Shown: in pieces, positions 23,253 through 36,203 of the stretch | How the letters are laid out: the number at the start of each line of letters is the position of its first letter | How positions within the stretch are numbered: the first letter of the stretch is position 1 | Assembly (NCBI GenBank): GCA_001600695.1 | Contig: BCKQ01000004.1 | Span: 1,072,067 to 1,136,066, forward strand | Direction: 5' to 3' | DNA length: 64,000 bases | Source of the DNA: Ascoidea asiatica JCM 7603 | Taxonomy: Eukaryota > Fungi > Ascomycota | Notes under the pieces: generated by a model | What the model saw: the letters and a program-made list of their open reading frames with translations, nothing else | Database searches by the model: none | What the model was told of the DNA's origin: nothing | Position numbers and translations under genes: made by a program

Positions 23253-25299
23253 TATTATTTGGTGTAGGATGATTGGCTGTAGTAGGTGTTGGCACGCTAC
23301 TTGATGTCGTTGTAGTAACAATAGGAGTTTCAGAAGATGAATCATTGACAGTATTAGTTGTAACAATATGACCATTTCTATTAGTAGTTGTTGTAGTGGT
23401 AGTTACTCCATTTGGGCCTGTTCTTCGAGTAGTTCTTGTTGTTCTTGTAGCTCTGGTGGTATTAACTGGAAATGTGAAAAAAACAAATTCACCATCTAAA
23501 GGAGTTGCATTTGCATTTGCATTCGCATTGGCGTTAGCATTAGCATTAGCATTTGCATTTAGATTTGGTAATCCGTTTGAATTTGGATCAATATTAATGA
23601 AAGGATTTTGATTATCAGATTCAACTTCTCTTCTACATACAGGACATGAAACATGAGAATTTAACCAATGCTTTATACAAGATTTACCAAATACATGATC
23701 ACAACATGGCATTTTAACAGGTGCATGAATATCTATAGGATTTTCATTATTATTACCATTAGTATTATTAGGTATATTATTAGATGTATTGTTTGAATTA
23801 TCATGAGATAATGGATCTTCATCAGGAGGATCGCTGTAATTAGAAGAAGCATTTGATAGATCATGATTTTCAATTTCACTTTCATTTTCATGATCAGTTT
23901 TGATATTATTTTTAATTTCATCTTTATTTTTTAAAGAATCTGAAATATTATTTAAATCTTGATAGGAATCAAAACAAATTGGACAAACTCTTTCATTAAT
24001 ATCTAAAGTTAGAATATTTACAGGAATTAAAGCATCAATAGCTTTTTTAGAAGCATGTTTTTGAATTGATTGATTGAAAACATCAGTAAAATTATTTACA
24101 ACTTCAGGTATTCTAAACATGGAAGTAATGAATTCATGTACCATACCCTGCTGAGATTGATTAATATTTGGATTTCTTGGATTGCTTGAGTTGGTATTAT
24201 TATTGTTATTATTATTATTATTAGCATTACTTTGTGTATCGGTTGAAGTTCCAGATGAAGTTTCAGTATTATTTTGAGATTGTGGGACTGAATTTGTTTG
24301 CTGATTTGTAGATCTAGGAGGATTAGAAGGAAAGAAATCAGAAGATGTAAAAACTCCAGAACCAGTTTGAGGATTAGAATTAGTATTAGTATTTCTTGGA
24401 GTGTTAGGTGTTGGAACTGAAAATGGAATCTGCTGCATTATTCTTTCAAGAATTGCAAATGAATCCAAATTTTGAAGAGGAAATTGAGGATTAGTATTAG
24501 TTCCAGTTCTTGGAGTAGTATTAGAATTTTGAGTAGTGTTAGGATTTGAATTGGAGTTTATATTTTGTGGATTATTAGTAGTAGGGTTTGTATTAGTATT
24601 GGAATTTGTATTGGTATTAGTAGTATTTCTTTGAGTTGTATTTGAAGTGAATGGATTTAAATTAAAAAATGGAAATCTTGTAAAATGAAAGTTATTAGAA
24701 CGTGGTGTATTTGTATTAGTATTGGAACTAGTATTTGTATTATTTTGGGTACTGGTATTAGTATTATTATTAGAGTTCGTATTATTATTGGTATTTGGAC
24801 TTGATGAGGTTGGATTAGTATTAGAGTCTGTATTAGTATCTGATGATTGTCTTGTAACTTGAATGTTAAATAGACCATTATCTTGAGGTGAGTTATTAAA
24901 ATGTGAATTTAACATATTTGTGAAATCGCTAACATTTGAAAGAAACGAAAAGGGAGTTGGATTTGAATTTGGATTTGGAATACCTGAATGTATATGTGGT
25001 AATGGATTATTTTGATTCAAAGGATTTGAAGATGTTGATGTAGATTGTTGTGTTCTTGGAGTTGGTCTTGTATTTCCTGGAGTCCTTGAAGTTTCTGAAG
25101 CTCTTGGAGTTGTATTTGAATTGGCTGAATTTGTTGAATTTGGAACTGGTAAAGGGCTGAAATCGAAAATAGTGTAATTATAATATATTTCATATGGATT
25201 ATTATCTTGTTCATTTTGATTAGCTGAATTATTTGGATTATTTGGATTATTTGGATTATTTTGTCCAGTATTTGAATTAACTGGATTTGATTCTGACAT
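22678..25299 (-). CDS. SAN1: Nuclear protein-quality-control RING ubiquitin ligase, San1 family
   Basis: Split RING: CPICFDSY, a long insert, then HAPVKMPCCDHVFGKSCIKHWLNSHVSCPVCR (San1-type HxFG variant). Disordered flanks are nearly lysine-free. Confidence 0.82.
23084..23258. repeat. (AAT)n coding microsatellite (poly-Asn) in SAN1
   Basis: Long att/tta run on the plus strand with interruptions, and a duplicated unit encoding NHNHNNNSNNHANN. Confidence 0.95.
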
Positions 25300-25967
25300 T
25301 ATTATAAAATTTATAATATAGGAATTTGAAGTTGGAAATCAAAATTGATATTCTGAATTAAAATAAGAATTGCAATAAGAATTGAATTAAAAACTTATAA
25401 ATAAAAGCAAAATAGCTAAGTGAGAAATATTAAAAAGGAAGGAAATAATCCAATTCAAGTATAACATCTATTATTTATATATCTGTTGTATTTATGATCT
25501 TACTAATTGGAGCTATCTGAATCTTACAAACACACTCTGCTATAGTTAAGTGCCTATTCGTGATGAAGTTTATTAATCAAGGAGTTTCACTATCGAGAGC
25601 CGGAAATGGACTACCAAAAAGAACCCAAAGAACATCAACACGTGTATTTTTACTTTTCTCGGTCATTCCGGTTCCCTCTGGCACTTTTTGCAGTCATTTC
25701 TCGTCATCTCCAGTCATTTTCTTGAAGCTTCCAGAAGCTTCCATCGAAACTTCTGCGGTCACCTGACTTTACAGGGCTTAGACCTGATTTTGAGGGTTTA
25801 GGATCACGTGGTATTGTTGATAATTTCATTTTTATCTCGGTCACATTTTAGAATTTGATGATTTTGGTGATTAATTATTTACATATGTTACAAGCGACGT
25901 TATTTGTACAGAGAGATAAATATATTATAATAAAAGATATAAATATGAACAGAAATAATTCATTTGG

Positions 25968-27152
25968 CTACAAAACTCCATAGACACCTTTTTTAGCATT
26001 TTCTCTAATTTGTAAAATAGCATTTTTCTGTTCTCCATCTGGATATGCATTTAATTGTTCATCACTTAATTCAAGCAATTGTTTAATCAATTGTAATTGT
26101 TCATTAGCTTCATTACCTTCACTGATACCATTATTATTATTATTTTGATTACCACTATTACTTGGCAATGATTGAGGATTATTACCAGAATTTGATTTCA
26201 CACCATTATTAATTTTCATATTATTATTCTTAGGAATAGTAGTGTTTGTAGTAGATGAATTGGATATATTAGATGTATTTAAGTTTACATTATCATTAGA
26301 TTTATTAATAGTTTGATTATTTAATTTTTTTTTATTTAAAATTTCACCAATTTGTTCACTACCAATTAATTTAAATTGAATTAATAATTCAATTAATGAA
26401 TATGTTAATTGTGGATAATTTTTTAATAATTGATTTAATTTTTTTGAATTTTCTGAAGTTTTATTTGATAATGCTAGTTTTTTAAAATCTTTTAAAATAT
26501 TAATTAATTTAAAATTATCTAAATTTTGTAAAGTATTTGAAATTGCTTCATTTGGAGTAATTATATTTAAATCTAATGTTATTCCATTTAATAAATTATT
26601 AGATCCAATTCCTTTATTACTATTATTTCCTCCTATTATACCACTATTTACACTTATATTACCGCCAATACTATTATTACTACTATTGCCTATTATTGTA
26701 TTATTATTATTCTGATTATTATTTTGATTATTGTTATTGTTATTATTATTCACCACATTTTTCTTTCTTCTTTTATTCTGTTTCATATCTTCATTTTCAT
26801 TATTATTATTATTATTTTCCATATTATTATTGTTATTGTTATTATTATTTTGATTATTATTTGAATTTGTATTCAATAAAGTTGAATCATGACTAAAATC
26901 ACATTTTAAACTTCTATTACCAATTGAATAATTATTTAAATTTCTCACAGCACTTTCTGCAGTCTCAATATCATTATATTCAACAAATGCATATCCTTTT
27001 GATTTTCCAGTATCTTTATCAAACATTAATTTTAATTCAACTACAGGTCCAACTGAATTTGCAATTTCTAAAACTTGTTCTTCACTTTGATCATATGGTA
27101 TAGACCCAATATATATCACTTTACCATGTTGTCTATTACTATTGCTATTCAT
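25968..27152 (-). CDS. RNA15: Cleavage factor IA subunit Rna15 (CstF-64 homologue)
   Basis: N-terminal RRM VIYIGSIPYDQSEEQV...MFDKDTGKSKGYAFVEY...SAVRNLNNY, hinge (YPQLTYSLIELL) and C-terminal QLLELSDEQLNAYP domain. Confidence 0.95.
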   Translation of the reverse strand: MNSNSNRQHGKVIYIGSIPYDQSEEQVLEIANSVGPVVELKLMFDKDTGKSKGYAFVEYNDIETAESAVRNLNNYSIGNRSLKCDFSHDSTLLNTNSNNNQNNNNNNNNNMENNNNNNENEDMKQNKRRKKNVVNNNNNNNNQNNNQNNNNTIIGNSSNNSIGGNISVNSGIIGGNNSNKGIGSNNLLNGITLDLNIITPNEAISNTLQNLDNFKLINILKDFKKLALSNKTSENSKKLNQLLKNYPQLTYSLIELLIQFKLIGSEQIGEILNKKKLNNQTINKSNDNVNLNTSNISNSSTTNTTIPKNNNMKINNGVKSNSGNNPQSLPSNSGNQNNNNNGISEGNEANEQLQLIKQLLELSDEQLNAYPDGEQKNAILQIRENAKKGVYGVL

Positions 27153-27879
27153 CTTTAATTTCTACTTATTATACAGTATAATTTATGTCAATAATTATTT
27201 TTTTTTAAATCTTATCAAAATTGAAATATTGATAAAATAATCAGATAATTTTGGTTTTTTCCAGTTTAAGCTTACCAGTAACAATAACAATAACAACACT
27301 AAAAAACACAGTACCAGTTCTATGGTACTTTCTCTTAATTCCTTATATTCCAAATGTATGGCTCCAATGCATATAAACGTGGTAGTTACCTCGTAATACC
27401 TATTATAGATCTACCACAATTCTGGATTTGTTTTTTTTTTCCCGATTTTTCAAATTTCGGATATTTTACTCCATTAAACAAACTTTATCATCAGTTCATT
27501 TCTATTCAATTTCTATTTAATTTCATATCTTTTTCATTATATAAAATACATCTATCCTATTCAATAACACCCTATTGAATATCATACTCAATTTGTCCAA
27601 TATCTCGACAAAAAGTACTCAAATAGTTCAATCTTCAATATGATTGGTTTCGTTTAGTTTTATAAGTTCTAAATGGTAACTTACTAAATAGAAACTAAAT
27701 AATCTCTTGTCCTTAAATAAATACTATTTATTACAATAGATAAGATAACAATTAATATACTAAGTTTTATAATATATAAAAGGTGCTTTAAATTCCTAAG
27801 TTTCTCAACTTAATTCATCAAAAATATTAAATCAAATATTCAATAAGATAAATTAAAACAATAATTAAATAAAAAAAGA

Positions 27880-29031
27880 ATGGTAAAACCAAGAGTGGTA
27901 GTAATTGGAGCTGGAGTATCTGGATTAACAACAGCATTAATATTATCAGAAAATAATTATGATGTTACAATAGTTTCAAAAGATTTACCAGGTGATTTGC
28001 ATACAAATTCATTTTATACATCACCATGGGCGGGAGCAAATTGGTCATCATTTGTTGGTAATGTATCAAATAATAATACAGATGAAGAAAATAATAGAAT
28101 TATTTTTTTACAAAATTTAGATAAAAGATCATATTATTATTTTCAAAAATTAAGTGAAATTGATAAATCTTGTGGTATAAAAATTTTTGAAAAAGTTAAT
28201 TATTTTAGAAAAGATACAAAAGATGAATTTTTAAAATATTTAAATCCAAAAACTAGACCATGGTGGTGTTCATTTGTTAAAGATTTTAAAATTGTTGAAT
28301 GTAGTAGTGAAGATAACGATATTATTGGATATTATTCAAGTAAAACTATTACAATTTCAGTTAATATTTATTTAAATTGGTTATTAAATAAATGTTTTAA
28401 AAATAATGTTAATCTTAAAAGAATTGAAATTAAAGATATTAAAGAAATTAATAATTTAAATTTAAAACCAGATTTAATTATTAATTGTACAGGAAATTAT
28501 TCAAGATTTATTAAAAATATTGAAGATTTAGATGTTTATCCAATTAAAGGTCAAACAATTTTAATTAAAAATAATCTTGATAAACAAGTTACAGTAACTT
28601 TAAGTAAATCTGAAAAATTAAAAAATCCATATGATTCATTTTATTTATTTCCAAGAAAAGAAGGAGGTTGTTTAATTGGAGGATGTTTTGAACCAAATTA
28701 TAATATTAGTTTAAAGAATTTTAAAGAATTTTCAAAACCTAATAATGATTTAACTGAAAGATTATTAAAAAGAGCAAAAAAATATTGTCCAGAATTAATT
28801 AATTGTAAAGAATTAGGTAATGAAAAGTTTAATGAAATTGAGGTTTTATCAGTTAATGTTGGTTTTAGACCTGGTAGAAAAAATGGTGTAAGAATTGAAT
28901 TACAAAATGGAACAAATATTATTCATAATTATGGTATTGCAGGTGCTGGATATCAAGCATCATATGGATTAGCAAATGAAGTTCTAAAAATTGCTAATGA
29001 TTACATGTCTTCTATCAAAGCTAAATTATAA
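27880..29031 (+). CDS. DAO1: Peroxisomal D-amino-acid oxidase (DAO/DDO family)
   Basis: VVVIGAGVSGL FAD motif, YTSPWAGANW, YPIKGQ, VGFRPGR, IIHNYGIAGAGYQASYG and C-terminal PTS1 AKL. DAO versus D-aspartate oxidase is not resolved. Confidence 0.92.
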   Translation: MVKPRVVVIGAGVSGLTTALILSENNYDVTIVSKDLPGDLHTNSFYTSPWAGANWSSFVGNVSNNNTDEENNRIIFLQNLDKRSYYYFQKLSEIDKSCGIKIFEKVNYFRKDTKDEFLKYLNPKTRPWWCSFVKDFKIVECSSEDNDIIGYYSSKTITISVNIYLNWLLNKCFKNNVNLKRIEIKDIKEINNLNLKPDLIINCTGNYSRFIKNIEDLDVYPIKGQTILIKNNLDKQVTVTLSKSEKLKNPYDSFYLFPRKEGGCLIGGCFEPNYNISLKNFKEFSKPNNDLTERLLKRAKKYCPELINCKELGNEKFNEIEVLSVNVGFRPGRKNGVRIELQNGTNIIHNYGIAGAGYQASYGLANEVLKIANDYMSSIKAKL

Positions 29032-29129
29032 TCTCAATTCTTTTCAAATTAATTTTTGATATCATGTCTATTTCAATAATTTTTATAATAAATATTCAAT
29101 AATTTCTTCTTATTTCGAGTTAGTTATAC

Positions 29130-29665
29130 CTTGAATATCGGCTATTGCGGTTATATCGCTTATTAAAAATGAAAATAGGTCATGTGCCATTAGTACGGAT
29201 TTGAGTCCGAGTCGAAAATGAAAAACCGGGGTCGAATTCCTTGCTTGAGCCAGGAGAAAGCCATCAGAAAGCCAACAGAAGCCCAGAAAAAACAAGAAGA
29301 AAATACGCAGAAAAGCGTTGAGAGTCAGGGGCTTATTGGGTCTCAGTAGCCAATAAAAAAGGCTTCTGGATGTAGTAAGCCATAAGTACGTGGCAAGTGA
29401 TTTGTTTCTGAAGAGATTCAGTGAGCGCCAGCCAGAATGGAGGCTGAGTCCAAGTGGCAGCGGTGGCGCGGTGGAAGCTCCCAATTTTTTGCTCTGGCGC
29501 CGAGTGAGAAGTGACAGAAGCAGAAGAAGAGCTTTTTGTCGAGCCCACTCGCTCACTCTCTCGCTACCAGAACAATATTTAGTATATCTCCAGACTTGAG
29601 ATTTCAGACACTGGCGTTTGGTAAAAGAAGAGTTCGATAAGCAGCACTGGCACTGAGCTGAAATG
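29130..29665. promoter_or_regulatory. GC-rich island upstream of the AKL1-type kinase
   Basis: Marked GC/CpG elevation 0.7-1.2 kb upstream of the ATG; the overlapping short ORFs lack host codon usage. Confidence 0.5.
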
Positions 29666-30330
29666 AAAAGAAGGTCAAAATGATATGGGAGCTTTTCTGT
29701 AAGCGTTACAGATTTTGATGATTTGTTTTCATATTTCTATTATTCCATTATATTCACTTATTCGATTGCCAATCTTTAGTGCTTTCAACAAAAATTTATC
29801 GCTCCTTCGTTCAAGATAATCTTAATCTTATTCTTATTAGAATTCTAATTCTTAAGAAATCTTGAAAGATCTAGGATTAATCAAACTCTTTTAAATCAAT
29901 TAGATTCTCAAATCTATTTTCAATCTTTGTTTTGTTTTAAAACTTTAGAAATATCATTCATTCTATATTTATCAAAGGTATATCTATTCATTACTTTTAT
30001 CAGTTACAAGCTTTATTTAAATTGGTTGAATCCATTTTTCTTTCCTTATTATTTTTTATTAATAAATAAACTTATTATATCCATATTGATACTGTGTCAT
30101 AATAATCTTCAAGAATCAATCAATCACAAACCATTTATCTTTTGATAATATTCATTAAATCTCTTGATTATAATTATAATTCTGAAATTCAAATTACTTT
30201 CCTATATTAAAGTTTTTTTCTCACTTTATTTTCATTCAAATCTATGTTATGAACTGATTTATTCAACAAAATTAATCAAATCAATCAAAAATAATAATAA
30301 TAGTATTAATATAAAATATTCTTTTTCACA

Positions 30331-33300
30331 ATGAATCAGTTTGAAGCAAGATTAAATCCAGGAACTTTATTAAAAATTGGTAATCATACTGTTATTGTTC
30401 AAAATTATTTATCTGAAGGTGGTTATGCTCAAATTTATAAAGTTAAAATCAATCCAATTGAAAATAATTCAAATATTGCATGTTTAAAAAAAGTCATAAT
30501 TAAAGATAAACAATCTTTATCACAATTAAATTCTGAAGTTAAGATTATGAAAATTCTTTCTTATAAAAATTGTAAATATATTGTTAAATATTTTGATCAT
30601 CAATTAATTAATAATCAATTTTTTGTCTTGATGGAATTATGTGAAAAAAATTCACTATTAGATTTTTTAAATACAAGATTACAAACAAAATTAAAAGAAA
30701 CTGAAATTTTAAAAATTTTACATAATATTTCTTTAGCAGTTTCTTTTATGCATTATTTACCTGGTTATCCATTAATTCATCGTGATATAAAAATTGAGAA
30801 TGTATTAATAAATAATGAAAATATTTTTAAATTATGTGATTTTGGTTCTGCATCTCCAATTTTAAGAAAACCAAAAAATGATTTGGAATTTCAAATTTTA
30901 AAAGATGATTTAGTTAAACAAACAACTCCACAATATAGATCTCCAGAAATGTTAAATTTATCTGAACCAATTGATGAAAAATCTGATATTTGGGCTTTAG
31001 GTATTTTTTTATATAAATTATGCTATTTTACAACTCCATTTGAAAATCAAAATAATATTGAAATTGCAATTTTAAATGGTTATTATAAATTTCAAAAATT
31101 TCCAAAATATTCTGATAAATTAAAAAATTTAATTATAATTATGTTAAGAGTTGATCCAAAATTAAGACCAAATATTTATCAAGTTGTTCATTATGTTTGT
31201 TCAATGCTAAATATCAATGTTCCAATACCTGATATATATAATTTAGGTCCTTATGATTTCAATAATCCAAAAAAAGTTTCTTTAGCTTCTGTTAGATTTA
31301 CCCAATCTCAGCCTCAAAATCAATCTCAAGTACAGCATCAAATACAACCTAAAATACAACCTCAAATTCAACAAAATAAATTTCAGAATATGCAAAATAT
31401 ACAACATACACCCAATCTTCAATTTACTCCGAATATACAACATACTCCAAATATTCAAAATATTCAAAATATACAGAACACTCCACAATCAAATCATTCT
31501 ATACCTTCCCAATTTCCTTCTTCAATATCTTCCAAATTTCAAAATGAATCCCCAAATTTACATTATAATAATCAATATCCAGAATCTAATTTTCAACCTA
31601 ATTATTCATCTCAAAATAATCAAATAAATAATTATAATAATAATTTAAATAGAATAAATAACTCTTCACCAATTTTATCTTATGAAAATCAAAAATTCAA
31701 TTCAAATCAAAATTTAAATCAATTCAATCATTCAAATCAAAACGTGAATAATAATTATCGCGATCAGAATATTAATGATAACCAATATTCAAATCAATAT
31801 CCAAATCAGTATAATAATCAATTTCCTAAACAATCGACTCAAAATTCTATTGATTCTTCTTGTCCATATCCTACTATAAATGGATTAACTTCAATCGAAC
31901 CTCCAGTTCAATTTCAAGAATCTAAAACTTCTCCACAGATCATAAATAATTATTATCCTAAGAATTCTTCAATACCTGATACTCAAATTTCTAAAAATCA
32001 AATTGATGAAAAAAATAATAATGATAATGATAATTTTATAAATGTTAAAGAAAGAAAAAGTTTAGATTCTCATTCTTCAAGAGGTTCATTGTATGAATAT
32101 TATGAAAATTTTTTAAATTTTCAAGCTAGTGAAAATAAACAAAATGAATCAAATATTCCTATTGCTTCATATCCTAACATGAATCCAGAACCTCCTATAC
32201 AACAATATCCAAGATCTAATGAATTTAATATAGATAAGAATGATAGAATACCATCTAAACTTCTAGATGCTCCTTATTTAAATCAAGAAATTTCTAATTC
32301 AATTGAAGAGATTAAAAAATTTACTTTTGATAGTCCAACAAGTAGTATAACTGATGATTTAATAGAATCTAATTTAAAACCAAAATTACCTCCAAAAATT
32401 ATTGAAAATAAAAATATTAATAATTTGTTAGAAAAAAAAGATATACTAAATACTTTAAATCAACCTTTAGAAAAAGTAAATGAAAATAATTTTAAATCAG
32501 AAATATCAAAGAAACCAACGTTTTTAATTTTAAATGATCCAATAATATCAACATCGAATACAAGTGTGCAAACAATTAAAGGATTATCTGAATCAGCTGA
32601 GTCATCTAAACCGTTTGAATTATTAAAATCTTCTTCAATATCTAATATTCAAAATCCTAATAAGGATATATTAAAACCTGAAGAATCTCATATTAAAATA
32701 AATAGTAATAATGGTAAAAATGAAGGAGAATTAAAGGATATGAATAAGGTTTCAGAACCTGTAGTCATTAATACTGAAGATGTAAATGAATTTGAATTAA
32801 AAATACTTAAAACAAGAAATTCAGGTACAAATCATACATATCCAATGGTAGAAGGAAAAGATAAAAGTAATAATCTAAAGAAATTTTATTCAAATAATTC
32901 AAATAATTCAAATAGTCCACTACCTATTAGAGTGAATTCAACACCTATAAGCTATAACTCATCACCATTTAGAATAAATTCAACACCTATAAGTTATAAT
33001 TCACCATTGCGAGTTAACTCACAAGAACGAGAAGATGCAATATCACAGGCATTTAATTCACTCAGTTTATCAAAATCAAATACTAGATCAAGTACAAAAT
33101 TAAATTCTAATACTAATGCTAATACTAATTTGAATTCTGATTTGATTTTTAATCCAAATTTGAATTTAAATACAAACTCACCTAAAATTCAAATAGATAG
33201 AACATTTCAAAATGTTCCTATTAAAGTATCAGAAACCATTCAACAGGGAAGATTTTCTATAAATAATGTTAATAATGGTAATAATATGAACATTAGCATG

Positions 33301-33756
33301 AATGACATGAATATGAATATGAATATGAATAGTATAAATATGAATAATGTGAGTAATGCCGATAATGTTCCAATAAAGAAAAATACATCATCAAGTTTAA
33401 GGAAACCACCATTTGCAATTATTCATGAAGATATTCAGAAATCAAGAAAAGATAATTATTTAAGTTATGAAGTATCTACATCAATGGGAAATGATAATGA
33501 AGATAATCTTAATATACCTTTCAAAAGTAATGCTAATTTTAATGTTAATAATAGTGGTAGTAATGACAATTTCTTGAAACCAAGTTTAAGTAATAGTAGT
33601 AATGTTTCAAGCTCAAGTAAAAAGAATTTGAAAAAAGTAGGTGGATTTGTTAGAGGATTAACATCATATATCAAAAAGGATAAAAATAAAGATAAGGAGC
33701 TTAAGAAAAACCAAGCATCTAGTATTGAATCAACTTTAATGTTCAAAATGAAATGA
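30331..33756 (+). CDS. AKL1: Ark1/Prk1/Akl1-family (NAK) Ser/Thr kinase with long disordered tail
   Basis: YLSEGGYAQIY, ACLKKV, LMELC..SLLDFLNTRLQTKL, MHYLP..LIHRDIKIENVL, DFG, TTPQYRSPEM. These details match Akl1 better than Ark1/Prk1. Confidence 0.85.
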   Translation: MNQFEARLNPGTLLKIGNHTVIVQNYLSEGGYAQIYKVKINPIENNSNIACLKKVIIKDKQSLSQLNSEVKIMKILSYKNCKYIVKYFDHQLINNQFFVLMELCEKNSLLDFLNTRLQTKLKETEILKILHNISLAVSFMHYLPGYPLIHRDIKIENVLINNENIFKLCDFGSASPILRKPKNDLEFQILKDDLVKQTTPQYRSPEMLNLSEPIDEKSDIWALGIFLYKLCYFTTPFENQNNIEIAILNGYYKFQKFPKYSDKLKNLIIIMLRVDPKLRPNIYQVVHYVCSMLNINVPIPDIYNLGPYDFNNPKKVSLASVRFTQSQPQNQSQVQHQIQPKIQPQIQQNKFQNMQNIQHTPNLQFTPNIQHTPNIQNIQNIQNTPQSNHSIPSQFPSSISSKFQNESPNLHYNNQYPESNFQPNYSSQNNQINNYNNNLNRINNSSPILSYENQKFNSNQNLNQFNHSNQNVNNNYRDQNINDNQYSNQYPNQYNNQFPKQSTQNSIDSSCPYPTINGLTSIEPPVQFQESKTSPQIINNYYPKNSSIPDTQISKNQIDEKNNNDNDNFINVKERKSLDSHSSRGSLYEYYENFLNFQASENKQNESNIPIASYPNMNPEPPIQQYPRSNEFNIDKNDRIPSKLLDAPYLNQEISNSIEEIKKFTFDSPTSSITDDLIESNLKPKLPPKIIENKNINNLLEKKDILNTLNQPLEKVNENNFKSEISKKPTFLILNDPIISTSNTSVQTIKGLSESAESSKPFELLKSSSISNIQNPNKDILKPEESHIKINSNNGKNEGELKDMNKVSEPVVINTEDVNEFELKILKTRNSGTNHTYPMVEGKDKSNNLKKFYSNNSNNSNSPLPIRVNSTPISYNSSPFRINSTPISYNSPLRVNSQEREDAISQAFNSLSLSKSNTRSSTKLNSNTNANTNLNSDLIFNPNLNLNTNSPKIQIDRTFQNVPIKVSETIQQGRFSINNVNNGNNMNISMNDMNMNMNMNSINMNNVSNADNVPIKKNTSSSLRKPPFAIIHEDIQKSRKDNYLSYEVSTSMGNDNEDNLNIPFKSNANFNVNNSGSNDNFLKPSLSNSSNVSSSSKKNLKKVGGFVRGLTSYIKKDKNKDKELKKNQASSIESTLMFKMK

Positions 33757-35312
33757 AAGTATTATAGTAAAATAAGTTTTTTTTTCTAATATTATTAGAT
33801 AATTATATAAATCTTCAATAAATAACTGATTAAATGAAAATAATTGTTTAACTTTTTGTAAAAGAATTGACAGGCTGGTGAAAATTTATGTGAAACAGTT
33901 AGAGAAATATACGTAAAATTAATCGATAAATTCTAATAGATATTTTTATTGATAATAATGATAGCTCTGAAAAAATTATATCTTTTTTTTTAATTTATTT
34001 AGAGTTTGAATAAATAAATCTTGGGTTTTTTAAGATAATCTGAAAAATCTCTACGATTATGTAATATTCTCTGTTATATACCATATTGGTTTGACCCATA
34101 TTCATGGTAAAAAAAACCAGTACTATTACTGGAGGTGATTTATAAATAGTGCACTTAATCCAATGTTACAAGAAATTATGTAAGCAGTTGCAAGTGAATA
34201 CCACAAAGGCTAAATCAACTTTGAAATGAGAATGGTATCGAACAAGATTGCGACTTGCAGAAATTGAGCCAAAATTACAGCCCAGGTGAACTTACAGACC
34301 ATATTTCAGATATGCTTTAAAGTTAACGTCTGCAACTAGGCCCAAGTGTGTTGAGAAATTTTAACATTTGTTAATAAAATCCAAATTTTATATTGGTTTC
34401 AATTTAATCTGCATGGAAATACAGAGCCCGCCTGATCTGAAAATAACTAACATTTTTTTGAGTTTGAAAAGTTCTGAAAGAGGCTTGAAGCAGCTCGGTG
34501 CCTCCGGAAATCATTAGAATGCATATCGTTAACTTAAAAGCTTTATTGCAATCCTCAAAACGGATTTCTTTGTCACAGTTTTCCCTCACCCATAATAAAT
34601 TAGATAAATTATATAAATTTGATAAAGTGAATAAATTGAATGAATAGATTGAATAAGCTACTTGGCTTAAATTGTTATAAATAGTTCATTTGATTTTTAT
34701 GCCAATATGAAAAATGTAGCCATGTGATTTATCGATAAAATAGAGTGGTAAAAAATGAATTTGAGATATTTGAGATAATTTAGATATCTGAAATATCTCT
34801 GTTTGGGTTTTCACTCGTCCCCATTTTGGTAGAATCTATCAACGAAATTGAGTATCAGAAAAAGACGTGATTTGAGTAATGGCAAAGAACACTTTGATAT
34901 TTGCAAGTTCTTCTTGAAAATTCACTTTTGTTTAGACACTTTTCAAATTAGCCGATGTATAAATGAAGAAAGTGAAGAGAATGAAGGGGAAAGTGGAGAG
35001 TATGAGTAGTATGAAAAATAGAATGAGCATGAAAAAAAGAAGATATATTCAGCGAGGTTCACCAACTACTCGAAGTATCGGTAATAAATAGACCGCAGTC
35101 TAATCAGATATTGTAGATAACGTTGATAAATACTACCGACAGTACTAGTAAATGGAAAAATAAATAAATAAATAATAATAGATAATAAGATAAAAAGAGA
35201 AAATAACGTAAAAACGTAAAGATAATTAAACAATAAACAAAAATAAACGATAAAAAATAATATATGATAAATAATAATATATGATAAATAATAAATAATA
35301 AAATGATGATGG

Positions 35313-35349
35313 TTTTGCGGTATCATTTTGCGGTATCATTTTGCGGTAT
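35313..35349. repeat. 13-bp tandem repeat TTTTGCGGTATCA, about 3 copies
   Basis: Copies start at 35313, 35326 and 35339 (last one partial). Confidence 0.9.
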
Positions 35350-36203
35350 TCTTTTTTCAGCCTCGAATAATATTATTATCAGCAACTAAAATAATCACCT
35401 TGAAGAAAAAATTAAATGATAGAAAATTATTCAAAATCTAAGACAAAAAGCTCTTCGAATCTCAATAAAGAACTTATTTTGAAAATTATAAGTAATTTTT
35501 CATAGATTTTGTTTCAATTTTATTTAATTTTATTTCTGTCCCACAGAATACAAGCTATGTCTAAGTTAGAGTCTTGAGGTTACACAATTACCTACAGGCT
35601 GGTACTAGTTGTACTACTCGCACTAGTAACTCTACTACTACCACTACCACTATCACTACTGAAGTACTTCTAAAACTATCGTCATTGAAATTAATTGAAA
35701 TTGAAAATCAACTCTGATTGATAACCTGTTCTAAGATTTACATTTTAATTACTAGAATCAAGCCGAAGCAAAAGGGTGGTTGACGTTTTTGAATCTGGTT
35801 GCAAAATAATAATTAAATTTATAAATTTACTCATAATTATATTGCTAATCATCATCACCATAATATTAATAACTAAATGTACCACTATTTTAATTTTTCA
35901 CCTTTTATCACCAGTTATTCTAACTTTACAATACAACATTCTTTTAAATTACTTAATTTTAATAAAATTTTCTTCTCGTTAAAATTGAAACAATTTTAAG
36001 AATGCCTTAATCAAAGCAAAATAATTCAAAAAAAATTGAATTGAAATGAAATTTGAAAAACATGTAATGAAATTCAAGAATTTTTAAATAATTCAGACTA
36101 AAATTACACTACCGGTTGTGTTTCTGGTAGTTTCTGGTGGTGTTTCTGATACTCTAAGGTTACGAGTGTAAAATATGGACTTAACTATTTTTAGTTATTC
36201 TTA

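Noticed and set aside
23031-23375. Poly-Ile ORFs and other antisense or alternate-frame ORFs inside genes
   Set aside because: Shadows of (AAT)n tracts and of the real coding strand.
27880-29031. D-amino-acid oxidase as a possible horizontally acquired gene
   Set aside because: DAO/DDO genes are common in non-Saccharomyces yeasts, and this one has fungal motifs and a PTS1.
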